This document shows, piece by piece, positions 7,562 to 17,408 of a stretch of 64,000 nt of DNA; positions within the stretch are counted from its first letter, which is position 1, and every line of letters starts with the position of its first letter. The translations under genes and the position numbers were made by a program. The notes under the pieces are model-generated. The model was not told the origin of the DNA. It searched no databases and saw nothing but the letters and a program-made list of their open reading frames with translations. This DNA comes from an uncultured Arcobacter sp. (GTDB lineage Bacteria > Campylobacterota > Campylobacteria > Campylobacterales > Arcobacteraceae): contig OZ223302.1 in NCBI GenBank assembly GCA_965140705.1, positions 608,001 to 672,000 on the forward strand, read 5' to 3'.

Positions 7562-10081
7562 TTATTTACCAAATAGATTTTGACCTAAAGATTTATATGT
7601 TTCATAAAGAGTTATCATCTTTTTAGCCCATTTGATTCTACTAATATCAACAAGTTTATCTTGATATAAAATTACTTCTTTCCCATCTTTTACAGCATCT
7701 TCATATAAAGAAATCATCTCTTCATACTCTTTTACCTCTTCTCTTTTTGGAGTAAATATATCATTTATATACTCTATTTGTACAGGATGAACTAAAGCTT
7801 TTCCATCAAATCCTAAATCAAAAGCATCTTTTGTAGAATCTTCACAAGCAAACTCATCATGTACATCATAATGTGGTCCATCAATTACTACTTTATCATA
7901 TGCTTTAGCAGCAAGTGCTATTTGAGATAGATAGTTAATAATAGCTTTTGAACCTTTTTTTACATCTATTTGAAGTCTATTTGCAAGTTTATTAGAACCT
8001 GCAACTACAACTTCAACTCTAGAAGTTGCAGCACATATCTCTTGGATATTTAAAACTGCCAAGGGTGACTCTATCATTATCATCATTGTTAATTCAGAAT
8101 TTACCTCATCAATCAATTTTGCTGCTTCTAAAACATCTTCTTTATTATCAATTTTAGAAAATAGTATTCCATCAAGCTCTAGCTCTTTTGCAAGTTCTAA
8201 ATCCTTTTGCAAATCTTCACTTCCTAAATTATTAACCCTAAGAACTCTTTCTGATTCTCCAAATTTTGAACCCTCTTCTTTAAATACCTCTTTTAAAACA
8301 GCTCTTCCAGCCTCTTTTTGTTCTGTTAAAATAGCTTCCAAATCAAAAATTACAGTATCTGCTAAAACAGTTTTTGCTTTTTTCACATACTTTTTATTGT
8401 ATGAAGGAACATATAAAAGTGATCTTCTCGCTTTATATTCTATAATCTCTTCACCAACACTTAAAGCAGCCTCTTGTTCATGGATGTTTTTAACAAGTTG
8501 TTTTCTTAAAACTTTACCATTTTTAGTTCTTGGATAATCACTCATGGCAAATATTCTTTTAGGCGCTTTGTATTTTGCCAAGTTTTCTTGAGAATATTTT
8601 AAAATCTCAGCCTCTTCCTCTTCACTTAAAGGCTTATGTCCAATTACGGCAATAGCAACTAAAGTTTTATCCTTTTCAATATCTAAACCAAAAGCAACAC
8701 AATCGGCAACTTTATCATGGGTTTTTACAACTCTTTCAATCTCATGTGGAGATACTCTAAAGCCAAAGGTATTGATAATATCATCTTTTCTACCTATGAA
8801 CCAAATATATCCATCTTTGTCTTTTTTAGCATAATCACCTGTAAAAAAGTATCCATCATGTTTAGCTTTTGCTGTTTCATCATCCAATTGCCAATACTCT
8901 AAAAATAAACCTGGATCATCAACTCCAATACAAATCATTCCCTCTTCTTCAGTTCCAACTTCTTCTAAAGTATTTGGATCTAACAGTTTTACGATATGTC
9001 CTGGTTGTACAAAGCCTGCACTTCCTGGTCTTATTGGATTATTAACAGAGTGTGAAATATAATAAGAACATTCACTCATACCTATTGCTTCATAAATATC
9101 TTGTTTAAATCTTTCTCTCCAAAGTCCTAACATCTCATCTGATAAATGTTCTCCTGCACTCATGCAATATCTTAAACTTGGACAATCATCTATTTTGAAA
9201 TCAGTTTTTTGAATAATTTGTCTATAAATAGTTGGAACTCCAATAAAAATAGTACATTTATGTTTTTTAATTAAATTTATCCAAGTTGAAGCATCATTTG
9301 CACCTTCATAAGCAATAACTGTATGACCATTATATAAAGGATCCATCAAAGCTGAACCTAAAACATAAGTCCAGTTAAACTTCCCAGAATGCATGATTCT
9401 GTCATTTTCTTTAAAGTTAAACCAATACTCAGTTGCAGGAGTTCTTCCCACAAGTGATCTATGTGAATGTAAAACACCCTTTGGATAACCAGTTGTTCCT
9501 GATGTATATACTAAATATGCTGGTTCACCTGATTTCGATTTATAGTGATTTGGTGTTGCGTCACCATTTTTTAAAATCTCATTTAAAGCATAAACATTTA
9601 TACCTTTTGGTTTTTTGAGATTATCTACACTATCAATTGCTGCTACAATTATTGTTTTTAAGTTATCTACATTTTCTAAATATGGAACTAAGTTTTCATA
9701 CATAGTTGCAGACATAACAATAGCACTTGCTTGTGAATCTTCCGCAAGATACTTAACCTCAGAACCACTTAAAAGTGTAGAAGTTGGAACTGCAATGATT
9801 CCAGCTTTTATTGCCCCAAAAAATGAAATTGGATAAGCCAATGAATTTTTCAAACAAACTAAAACCCTATCCCTAGCCCCAATTCCAATACTTGTAAGGA
9901 AATTTGCAACTTGGTCAGATTTTTTTGCTAAATCTTTATATGTTATTTCATCAGTCCCTAACTTATCATCTTCTATAACCATTGCTGTACTATTCTCTTT
10001 TGGTGTTCCCAAATGAGCTGATGTACAAGCAACCCCTATATTTAAAAATTCAGGTACTTCGATTTTAATAGTTGAACTCAT
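7562..10081 (-). CDS. AMP-forming acyl-CoA ligase fused to a C-terminal CitE/Mcl-like domain
   Basis: Residues about 1-535: YTSGTTGYPKG, SAGE, GMSE, TGD, GRKDD, PRTKNGK. Residues about 552-839: RRSLLYVP, IFDLE, LRVN, MIESP, GFDGKALVHPVQ. One continuous ORF. Confidence 0.9.
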   Translation of the reverse strand: MSSTIKIEVPEFLNIGVACTSAHLGTPKENSTAMVIEDDKLGTDEITYKDLAKKSDQVANFLTSIGIGARDRVLVCLKNSLAYPISFFGAIKAGIIAVPTSTLLSGSEVKYLAEDSQASAIVMSATMYENLVPYLENVDNLKTIIVAAIDSVDNLKKPKGINVYALNEILKNGDATPNHYKSKSGEPAYLVYTSGTTGYPKGVLHSHRSLVGRTPATEYWFNFKENDRIMHSGKFNWTYVLGSALMDPLYNGHTVIAYEGANDASTWINLIKKHKCTIFIGVPTIYRQIIQKTDFKIDDCPSLRYCMSAGEHLSDEMLGLWRERFKQDIYEAIGMSECSYYISHSVNNPIRPGSAGFVQPGHIVKLLDPNTLEEVGTEEEGMICIGVDDPGLFLEYWQLDDETAKAKHDGYFFTGDYAKKDKDGYIWFIGRKDDIINTFGFRVSPHEIERVVKTHDKVADCVAFGLDIEKDKTLVAIAVIGHKPLSEEEEAEILKYSQENLAKYKAPKRIFAMSDYPRTKNGKVLRKQLVKNIHEQEAALSVGEEIIEYKARRSLLYVPSYNKKYVKKAKTVLADTVIFDLEAILTEQKEAGRAVLKEVFKEEGSKFGESERVLRVNNLGSEDLQKDLELAKELELDGILFSKIDNKEDVLEAAKLIDEVNSELTMMIMIESPLAVLNIQEICAATSRVEVVVAGSNKLANRLQIDVKKGSKAIINYLSQIALAAKAYDKVVIDGPHYDVHDEFACEDSTKDAFDLGFDGKALVHPVQIEYINDIFTPKREEVKEYEEMISLYEDAVKDGKEVILYQDKLVDISRIKWAKKMITLYETYKSLGQNLFGK

Positions 10082-10093
10082 ATTCTCTCCTTA

Positions 10094-11227
10094 CTATATT
10101 TGACCATAAGGCCAGTTTTCTTTAAACGTATGTAACGGCATTTTATTTAGTACTGTTAAAGCAAAAGCTTGATCCTCTTTACTTAAACTTCTAAGTGCAT
10201 ATCCTCTTAGAAGATTTTGTAAAGACTTACCAAACATTGGAGGATCTAACATCTCACCTTTGTATCTAATAGCTCCACTTAAAAGTGCATCTGCTTCAAT
10301 TGCTGCACTTAATATTTCTATATCTTTTGCTATTTCTTTAGGACTTGGAGTAAAAGCAACTTTACAAACATTTATATGGTTTGGAGTAATTACTTGTTTA
10401 CCTGTTAATCCCATAGCTGTCTCTCTTTTAGCATGTTCATAAACATGTCTTGAAGCATTATCTCCATGTAAATCTAACCATCTTCTAATATCTTTTTTCT
10501 CAACACAAGAATCAGGTAATGAATTAGGAGTAAGTAAAACTTCAACCCCTCCAATTACACCTTTACCTTTAATTCTAGCTTCCATTGTAAGCATATTAAA
10601 AAAAGTCTCTAACTCATCAATCCAACCCTCAGGTGTAATTTTATATGCCATTGCTTTTGAGAAGTCATGGATACCAAATACCACATGTTGAACAGTTGAG
10701 TGACTCATAAGTCTATCAGCTATTTGAAGTGATTTTGGATGCTCAATGATTGGTTGAATTTGTAAACTACTACCAATAGATACTAACCAAGAAGATAAAT
10801 CTCTAATCTCAGCATCTCCATAAACCTCACCAGCTTTTGCTAATACAATTGCATCGATGTATTTATGAACTTGTTTTAGCATCTTTAAATCTTCTTCATA
10901 CTCATCAGTTCTAAAAGGGTTGATTCTAATAGCTATTTGAAAATCCCTTTGCGGGAATTTTGGTAACTCTTGAATTAAAAGTTCCCTACTCATAGCTTTT
11001 TGTCTACAACCATCTTCTAAATCAAATAACACTGTATGTGCCTTTGTTTTATAAGCATGTTTTTGAAGTCTAAGTTTTGCTTGTTCCATACTCTCATAGC
11101 TTCCATCTAGTGGATTAAACTTAATTGGGGGATAATATATTTGAATCCCTGGCCAATATCCACCAAGTACCGGTTTCAAATCGTCATTTGCTGTCAATTT
11201 TGATAAATCTATTACAGAAGAAGTCAT
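10094..11227 (-). CDS. CitE/malyl-CoA lyase-family CoA-ester lyase
   Basis: LFDLEDG, IRIN, IIEHP...FGIHDF, GLTGKQVITP and GEMLDPP. Confidence 0.85.
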   Translation of the reverse strand: MTSSVIDLSKLTANDDLKPVLGGYWPGIQIYYPPIKFNPLDGSYESMEQAKLRLQKHAYKTKAHTVLFDLEDGCRQKAMSRELLIQELPKFPQRDFQIAIRINPFRTDEYEEDLKMLKQVHKYIDAIVLAKAGEVYGDAEIRDLSSWLVSIGSSLQIQPIIEHPKSLQIADRLMSHSTVQHVVFGIHDFSKAMAYKITPEGWIDELETFFNMLTMEARIKGKGVIGGVEVLLTPNSLPDSCVEKKDIRRWLDLHGDNASRHVYEHAKRETAMGLTGKQVITPNHINVCKVAFTPSPKEIAKDIEILSAAIEADALLSGAIRYKGEMLDPPMFGKSLQNLLRGYALRSLSKEDQAFALTVLNKMPLHTFKENWPYGQI

Positions 11228-11386
11228 GATATTTACCTTTATAATTTTCTTTTTGTAAGGGAATTAATCCATAGGTAAAATAAACTCAAATATAAATTAT
11301 AATATTAATTTTTGGGTTAAGTAATATTTTATAAATAACTCAATAGCCCATTTCTAAGGGCTTTTATAAAATGTTTCAAAAGCAAG

Positions 11387-11401
11387 TTTCACATAGTGAG
11401 A
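11387..11401. promoter_or_regulatory. Candidate IclR-family operator TTTCAC-ATA-GTGAGA
   Basis: Imperfect 6-3-6 palindrome (5 of 6 pairs) in the divergent spacer between the lyase operon and iclR. Confidence 0.4.
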
Positions 11402-11578
11402 AAATTTTTTCAATAAATCTTGCAATCCAAAATAAAACTTTTGTAATTGTTTAATTAAAATGTTACTTTTGGTCAAATAAACATCTATTAAGCTAAAATT
11501 AAACATACATAGATGAAAACAAAAGCAATTTAAATAAAAAATGTTAAAATAAACAAAATTAAATAAAGAGATAATATA

Positions 11579-12304
11579 TTGCAAAATCAAAATAAGTCAT
11601 TAACAAAAGGTTTGTTAATCTTAAAATCAATCATGAATTCAAGCAAACCCTTAACAGCTAATTTTTTATGTCAAACCCATGATATAGATAAAAGTACCAT
11701 GTCAAGACTTATCACAACTTTAGTAAATGAAGGTTTCATTGAATATGTTGAAAACTCTAAGGAGATAGTTTTAAGTGATATTATGAATAATATATCACAA
11801 ATAGAAGCTAGAAATAAAATAGTTGAGAAAACAAGAACTTTACTTGATGAAATATTTTATTTAACCCAAGAGTGTTCATATATTGGAATACTTGAAAAAA
11901 ATGCCGTTTTATATTTAAACCAAGTGGATAAATCAAACCGGGTTTTAAAAACAAAAGACTCAATAGGTCTACATGCTCCACTACATGCCAATGCCTTTGG
12001 AAAAATTTTATTAGCATATGAAAATGTTGATTTTAAAACCTTAGATTTGAAAAAATACACAGCAAATACAATTACTACTGTTACTAGATTAAAAAAAGAG
12101 ATTGAAGAAGTGAAAAAAAATGGTTATGCCATTGGTTTTGAAGAGTACGAATTTGGACTTTTTTCAATAGCTGTTCCCTACTTCAATAATAAAAAAGAGT
12201 TTGTAGGGACAGTTGGGATATCTGGATTATCTGCAAGGGTAAATAAAGAAAAATCCCATGAACTAGGTAAAAAGATTTTTGACTTGGTTAATCCTGTTAT
12301 CTAA
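11579..12304 (+). CDS. IclR-family transcriptional regulator
   Basis: N-terminal HTH (SLTKGLLIL...DKSTMSRLITTLV), effector domain PLHANAFGKILLA and GYAIGFEEYEFG...SIAVP; TTG start. Confidence 0.93.
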   Translation: MQNQNKSLTKGLLILKSIMNSSKPLTANFLCQTHDIDKSTMSRLITTLVNEGFIEYVENSKEIVLSDIMNNISQIEARNKIVEKTRTLLDEIFYLTQECSYIGILEKNAVLYLNQVDKSNRVLKTKDSIGLHAPLHANAFGKILLAYENVDFKTLDLKKYTANTITTVTRLKKEIEEVKKNGYAIGFEEYEFGLFSIAVPYFNNKKEFVGTVGISGLSARVNKEKSHELGKKIFDLVNPVI

Positions 12305-12687
12305 TCTTTTTTTACCTTTATTAAAATATTATGTTCTTTATCCCTAAAAACTGTCTCTTTTTTGTTGTTATTAAAAATAGATTCTAAAAAATCATCTTTA
12401 TAAGAGCTGTTCAAATATTTTTTATTGAACTCTTTTAAACTTTCACACTCAAAAGTAGAAGTACAAACTCTATCTTTATATATTTTCATATCCAAAATAG
12501 TTTTCCCCGCACTATAAATTTGAACTTGAGTATAATTATTAAACTTAGAAATAAAGCCTTTATCATAAAACTTCATCGCGGGTGTTTTTATAAGAATCGT
12601 CGCACTTGTAGAGTGTATAACTTGTTTTGATGCACAAGATGAAAGAAATAAAATAATGAAAATAAATGTAGTGATTTTTTTAAACAA
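12301..12687 (-). CDS. Small lipoprotein of unknown function
   Basis: Signal peptide with lipobox FLSSC; AGAGGA RBS. Confidence 0.75.
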   Translation of the reverse strand: MFKKITTFIFIILFLSSCASKQVIHSTSATILIKTPAMKFYDKGFISKFNNYTQVQIYSAGKTILDMKIYKDRVCTSTFECESLKEFNKKYLNSSYKDDFLESIFNNNKKETVFRDKEHNILIKVKKD

Positions 12688-12748
12688 AATGTATCCTCTT
12701 TGAATTTGAAAATAATTTTACTATAATACGATTAAATAAAGGATTTAA

Positions 12749-13822
12749 ATGCTCGTTCACATATGTTGTTCCGTTGATAGTCACTATTTTTTAGAAAGAC
12801 TACAACAAGATTTCCCCGATGAAAAATTAGTTGGTTTTTTTTATGACCCTAATATTCATCCTTACAATGAATATTTACTAAGACTAAAAGATGTTGAATA
12901 CTCTTGCCATAAATTAGGTATAGAATTAATAGAAGGTCCATACAATCTTGAAGAGTGGCTAAAGAAAGTAAAAGGACTAGAAAATGAACCTGAAAAGGGT
13001 GACAGATGTACAGTTTGTTATGATGACAGATTAGAAACTAGTGTAAAAAAAGCTATTGAATTAGGTCATGATAAATTTACTACAACACTTCTTATCTCTC
13101 CAAAAAAATCACAAGAAAAATTAGAAATAATTGGAACCGATTTAGAAAAAAAATATGGTTTGCAATGGATTTTTAAAGATTATAGAAGTGGTAAAGGAAT
13201 GGAAGAACAAGCAAAAGTAGTAAAAGAGAACTCATTTTATAGACAAAATTATTGCGGTTGTTTATTTGGATTGACTCCCCAAAGAGAGCAACAAAATAAA
13301 ATCATGGATGAGATGTTTTTACCAATTTCTAATCAAATCTTGCCCCAATCAATAGAGTATAGATTGGAGTTATACAATAATAGAACAAATTTAGATGAGA
13401 CAAATATTCCATATAAAATAGTAAAACAAAAGTTTCTAAACTATAGACTTTTAAATGCAAAAGTTAAAGTAGATAAAGAAGTTATTCCCTCTTATTTCTT
13501 ATGTTATTCAACAATAAGTAAGGGCAGAACAAGTGGAAAAATTGCATTTGAAAAAGCAGAAATACACTATTTAAATAAAGATGAAGTAAAAATCATCACA
13601 ATTGATACTTTTAATGACTTTACACAATCCCACTATAGAGATGTAAAAGACTTAATGTATCATCCCTTAACCTTTGAAGCTGAATTGAAAATTCGAGATA
13701 AAATTACTCAAAATCCCTATGGCTTATCTGCAATTATAATAGTTGATGAGATAAGTGAAGGGAAATATGAAATTACAATTGATGCAAAAACCTATGAAGA
13801 TGTAAAAGAGGTAATAATATAA
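12749..13822 (+). CDS. queH: Epoxyqueuosine reductase QueH (long Campylobacterota form)
   Basis: HICC, FYDPNIHPYNEY, RCTVC and YRQNYCGC motifs. Confidence 0.88.
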   Translation: MLVHICCSVDSHYFLERLQQDFPDEKLVGFFYDPNIHPYNEYLLRLKDVEYSCHKLGIELIEGPYNLEEWLKKVKGLENEPEKGDRCTVCYDDRLETSVKKAIELGHDKFTTTLLISPKKSQEKLEIIGTDLEKKYGLQWIFKDYRSGKGMEEQAKVVKENSFYRQNYCGCLFGLTPQREQQNKIMDEMFLPISNQILPQSIEYRLELYNNRTNLDETNIPYKIVKQKFLNYRLLNAKVKVDKEVIPSYFLCYSTISKGRTSGKIAFEKAEIHYLNKDEVKIITIDTFNDFTQSHYRDVKDLMYHPLTFEAELKIRDKITQNPYGLSAIIIVDEISEGKYEITIDAKTYEDVKEVII

Positions 13823-14866
13823 ATGAAACTTCTTGTAAGTGCGATGGAGACTTCTTCAAATATACATTTAGCGGAGTTAAAAAAACATCTAAGTGATGAC
13901 ATTGAACTTCTTGGAATCTTTGATAAGAAACTAGGCAAGCCAAATTATGATATAGAACAACTTGCTATCATGGGCTTTGTAGATGCACTAAAAAGATTAC
14001 CTTTCTTTTTTAAACTAAAAGATGAAATGGTAGAATTAGCAAAAGATGCTGATAAAGTATTACTTATGGATTCATCTGGTTTTAATTTACCACTAGCAAA
14101 AGCAATTAAGAAAAAATATCCAAATAAAGAGATTATTTATTATATTTTACCCCAAGCTTGGGCATGGAAAAAAGGAAGAATTCCTAAGATTGAAACATAC
14201 TGTGATAAGCTTTGTTCAATCTTACCTTTTGAAAAAGATTACTACTCAAAAAAAGATAAAATCACTTATGTGGGTCACCCTTTACTTGATGAAATAAAAG
14301 ATTATAAAACTACCGCTTCTACTACAGGGAAAATAGCTTTTATGCCAGGAAGTAGAAAAAATGAGATAATAAATCTTTTACCAATATTTAAAAAGCTTAT
14401 AAAAAGTATTCCAAATAAAGAGTATATTTTAATCATACCAGCAAAATTTGATGAAGAGTATATTAAAACTATTTATGGTGATATTTCAGAATTTACTATT
14501 TCTACTAATGCCCATGAAAGTCTAAAACAAAGTGATTATGCCTTTATTTGTAGTGGAACAGCCACTTTAGAAGCAGCACTTATTGGAACACCTTTTACCC
14601 TAAGTTATATCGCTAAAAAACTAGATTACTTTATAGGTTCTCGTCTTGTAAAACTTCCAGCTGTAGGATTGGCAAATATCTTCTTCTCTAAAATGGGAAA
14701 AGAGCTAATTCATAGTGAGTTTTTACAAGAAAATGTTACTGTTGAAAATCTTTTAAATGATTATAAAAAAATAGATACAAAGAGATTTATGGAAAATTCA
14801 AAAGTGTTAAGAGAATATCTTAAATTTGGAAGTTCTAAGAATGTCGCTCAAATAATTCAAAACTAA
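13823..14866 (+). CDS. lpxB: Lipid-A-disaccharide synthase
   Basis: PQAWAW, ILPFE, YVGHPL, PGSRKNE and SGTATLE. Confidence 0.95.
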   Translation: MKLLVSAMETSSNIHLAELKKHLSDDIELLGIFDKKLGKPNYDIEQLAIMGFVDALKRLPFFFKLKDEMVELAKDADKVLLMDSSGFNLPLAKAIKKKYPNKEIIYYILPQAWAWKKGRIPKIETYCDKLCSILPFEKDYYSKKDKITYVGHPLLDEIKDYKTTASTTGKIAFMPGSRKNEIINLLPIFKKLIKSIPNKEYILIIPAKFDEEYIKTIYGDISEFTISTNAHESLKQSDYAFICSGTATLEAALIGTPFTLSYIAKKLDYFIGSRLVKLPAVGLANIFFSKMGKELIHSEFLQENVTVENLLNDYKKIDTKRFMENSKVLREYLKFGSSKNVAQIIQN

Positions 14867-14918
14867 TTTAAATTTTGATAGAATATATGCCTTAAATAAA
14901 AAGATATAGGAAAAATAT

Positions 14919-15362
14919 ATGCTAGACGTTACACAGATTCAGGAGATACTTCCACATAGATACCCTTTTTTACTTGTAGATAGAATTACAGAGATGGAAA
15001 AAGGTAAAAGTATTATTGGATATAAAAATATCTCTATTAGTGAACCTGCTTTTATGGGACATTTTCCTGGACATCCGATTTATCCAGGTGTATTAATTCT
15101 AGAAGGAATGGCGCAAGCTGGTGGAATCTTAGCTTTAAAAAGCAATGATTTATCGTATGAAGAAATGAAAAATAAAGTTATCTATTTCATGAGTATTGAT
15201 GGGGCAAAATTTAGAACACCTGTAAAACCTGGTGATAAATTAGAATACAGAATTGAAGTAAAAAAATTAAGAGGAAATCTAATAGTGCTTGCTGGTGAAG
15301 CTTATGTTGATGAAAAGCTAGTTGCTGAGGCTGAATTAAAAGCCATGGTAGTGGATAAATAA
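14919..15362 (+). CDS. fabZ: 3-hydroxyacyl-ACP dehydratase
   Basis: [12 protein letters not shown] and [20 protein letters not shown]. Confidence 0.97.
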   Translation: MLDVTQIQEILPHRYPFLLVDRITEMEKGKSIIGYKNISISEPAFMGHFPGHPIYPGVLILEGMAQAGGILALKSNDLSYEEMKNKVIYFMSIDGAKFRTPVKPGDKLEYRIEVKKLRGNLIVLAGEAYVDEKLVAEAELKAMVVDK

Positions 15363-15369
15363 TAAATAT

Positions 15370-16158
15370 ATGAATAATATCCATAAAACAGCTATAATAG
15401 AAGATGGCGCAATTATCGGTGATGATGTTACTATTGGCGCTTATACTATCATAGGCTCTAATGTAAAAATTGGAAATGGAAATATAATTGGCTCTAACAG
15501 TGTAATTGAAGGTAAAACTACAATTGGTGACAATAATAAGATTTACTCACATGCAGCCCTTGGAACTGATCCTCAAGATTTAAAATTTGATGGTGAAGAA
15601 GTTGAACTAATTATTGGGAATAATAATAAAATTAGAGAATTTACACTTTTTAACCCCGGTACTAAAGGTGGAGGTTCAATTACTAAAATAGGTGATGACA
15701 ACCTATTTATGGGTTATGTTCATGTTGCCCATGATGTAATCATTGGTAATCATTGTGTCTTTGCAAATGTTGCAACACTTGCAGGACATGTTGAGATAGA
15801 TGATTATGTAGTTGTTGGTGGATTAACACCAATTCACCAATTTTGTAAAATTGGAAGCCATGCAATGATTGGTGGAGGTTCTGTCTTAACTCAAGATATA
15901 CCACCTTTTTGTTTAGCAGAAGGAAATAGAGCAAATCTTAGAGGTCTAAATCTAAATGGACTTAGAAGAAGATTAGGAAGAGAAGATATCAATGCTATTA
16001 AAAAAGCATACAAAGATATTTTTGAATCAGGACAACCAATCCAAGAAATTGCAAATGAACTAGTAAAAACTCAAGATAATAAATATGTATTAGAATTTGC
16101 AAATTTTATTATAAATACAAAAAGAGGTATTCCCTTTATAAGAAAGCAGGAGAGATAG
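15370..16158 (+). CDS. lpxA: UDP-N-acetylglucosamine O-acyltransferase
   Basis: Hexapeptide repeats, PQDLKF, HVAHD and IHQF. Confidence 0.97.
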   Translation: MNNIHKTAIIEDGAIIGDDVTIGAYTIIGSNVKIGNGNIIGSNSVIEGKTTIGDNNKIYSHAALGTDPQDLKFDGEEVELIIGNNNKIREFTLFNPGTKGGGSITKIGDDNLFMGYVHVAHDVIIGNHCVFANVATLAGHVEIDDYVVVGGLTPIHQFCKIGSHAMIGGGSVLTQDIPPFCLAEGNRANLRGLNLNGLRRRLGREDINAIKKAYKDIFESGQPIQEIANELVKTQDNKYVLEFANFIINTKRGIPFIRKQER

Positions 16159-16163
16159 AATAT

Positions 16164-17387
16164 ATGAGCAAATTAAAATGTGATTTTTGTGGAGCCCAAG
16201 ATAGTGCTCAAAATCCAGTGATATCAGGAGACAATGCTTGTATTTGTAAATCTTGTGTAAACGCTGCCCATGATATTATTAGTGGGAAAGAACCAACTGA
16301 GGATGTACAAGTATTAAATCCTGAAGAAAAAGCTGAAAGTGAAATCAAACTTCATACACCAAGTGAATTAAAAGCTTTACTTGATGATTATGTAGTTGGA
16401 CAACATAGAGCTAAAAAAGTTCTTTCAGTTGCGGTATATAACCACTATAAAAGAATTTTTAGAAGAGATGAAATTGGTGAAGATACAGAGATTAATAAAT
16501 CAAATGTTTTACTAATAGGACCAACAGGTTCTGGAAAAACACTACTTGCACAAACAATTGCAAGATATTTAGATGTTCCTTTAGCAATAGCTGATGCTAC
16601 AAGTTTAACAGAAGCTGGTTATGTTGGTGATGATGTTGAAAATGTTATTACTAGACTTTTACAAGCAGCTAACGGTGATATTAAAAAAGCAGAAACTGGA
16701 ATTATTTTTATAGATGAAATTGATAAAATAGCTAGAATGAGTGAAAATAGATCAATCACTAGAGATGTATCAGGAGAAGGTGTTCAACAAGCTATGCTTA
16801 AAATCATAGAAGGTAGTGTTGTAAATGTTCCACCAAAAGGTGGAAGAAAACACCCAGGTCAAGATATGACTCAAGTAGATACTACAAATATCTTATTTAT
16901 TTGTGGTGGGGCTTTTGATGGTTTAGAAGAGATTATCAAAAGAAAAAAAGGTAATAATATTTTAGGTTTTAACCAAGTTAAAAGTAGCAAAAAAGATGAA
17001 GATGGACTTATCTCTTTTGTTGAAGCAGATGATTTGGTAAAATATGGTTTGATTCCTGAATTAATTGGAAGATTACATATGATTGCAACACTAAATGAAA
17101 TAACAGAAGATGATATGGTTCATATTTTAACAGAACCAAAAAATGCTTTAATAAAACAGTATATTAAACTTTTTGAGATGGACAAAGTAAATTTAGAATT
17201 TGACAAAGATGCCTTACTTGCTATTGCTAAAAAAGCAATTGAGCGAAAAACTGGAGCAAGAGGTCTTAGATCAATTTTAGAAGATATTATGCTTGATATT
17301 ATGTTTGATTTACCAAATTACAAAGAAAAAACTATTACTATTACAAAGGATGTAGTAAGTGATAAAAAAGACCCAAAAATCGCTTAA
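16164..17387 (+). CDS. clpX: ATP-dependent Clp protease ATPase subunit
   Basis: C4 zinc finger, [23 protein letters not shown] and GGRKHP. Confidence 0.98.
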   Translation: MSKLKCDFCGAQDSAQNPVISGDNACICKSCVNAAHDIISGKEPTEDVQVLNPEEKAESEIKLHTPSELKALLDDYVVGQHRAKKVLSVAVYNHYKRIFRRDEIGEDTEINKSNVLLIGPTGSGKTLLAQTIARYLDVPLAIADATSLTEAGYVGDDVENVITRLLQAANGDIKKAETGIIFIDEIDKIARMSENRSITRDVSGEGVQQAMLKIIEGSVVNVPPKGGRKHPGQDMTQVDTTNILFICGGAFDGLEEIIKRKKGNNILGFNQVKSSKKDEDGLISFVEADDLVKYGLIPELIGRLHMIATLNEITEDDMVHILTEPKNALIKQYIKLFEMDKVNLEFDKDALLAIAKKAIERKTGARGLRSILEDIMLDIMFDLPNYKEKTITITKDVVSDKKDPKIA

Positions 17388-17408
17388 TTTAAAAAGGAGA
17401 AAGAGTAT

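Noticed and set aside
11354..11590. 78-aa minus-strand ORF in the iclR spacer
   Set aside because: No RBS, AT-rich promoter DNA, and it overlaps the iclR start.
12749..13822. Long C-terminal extension on QueH
   Set aside because: As far as I recall this is the normal length for Campylobacterota QueH.
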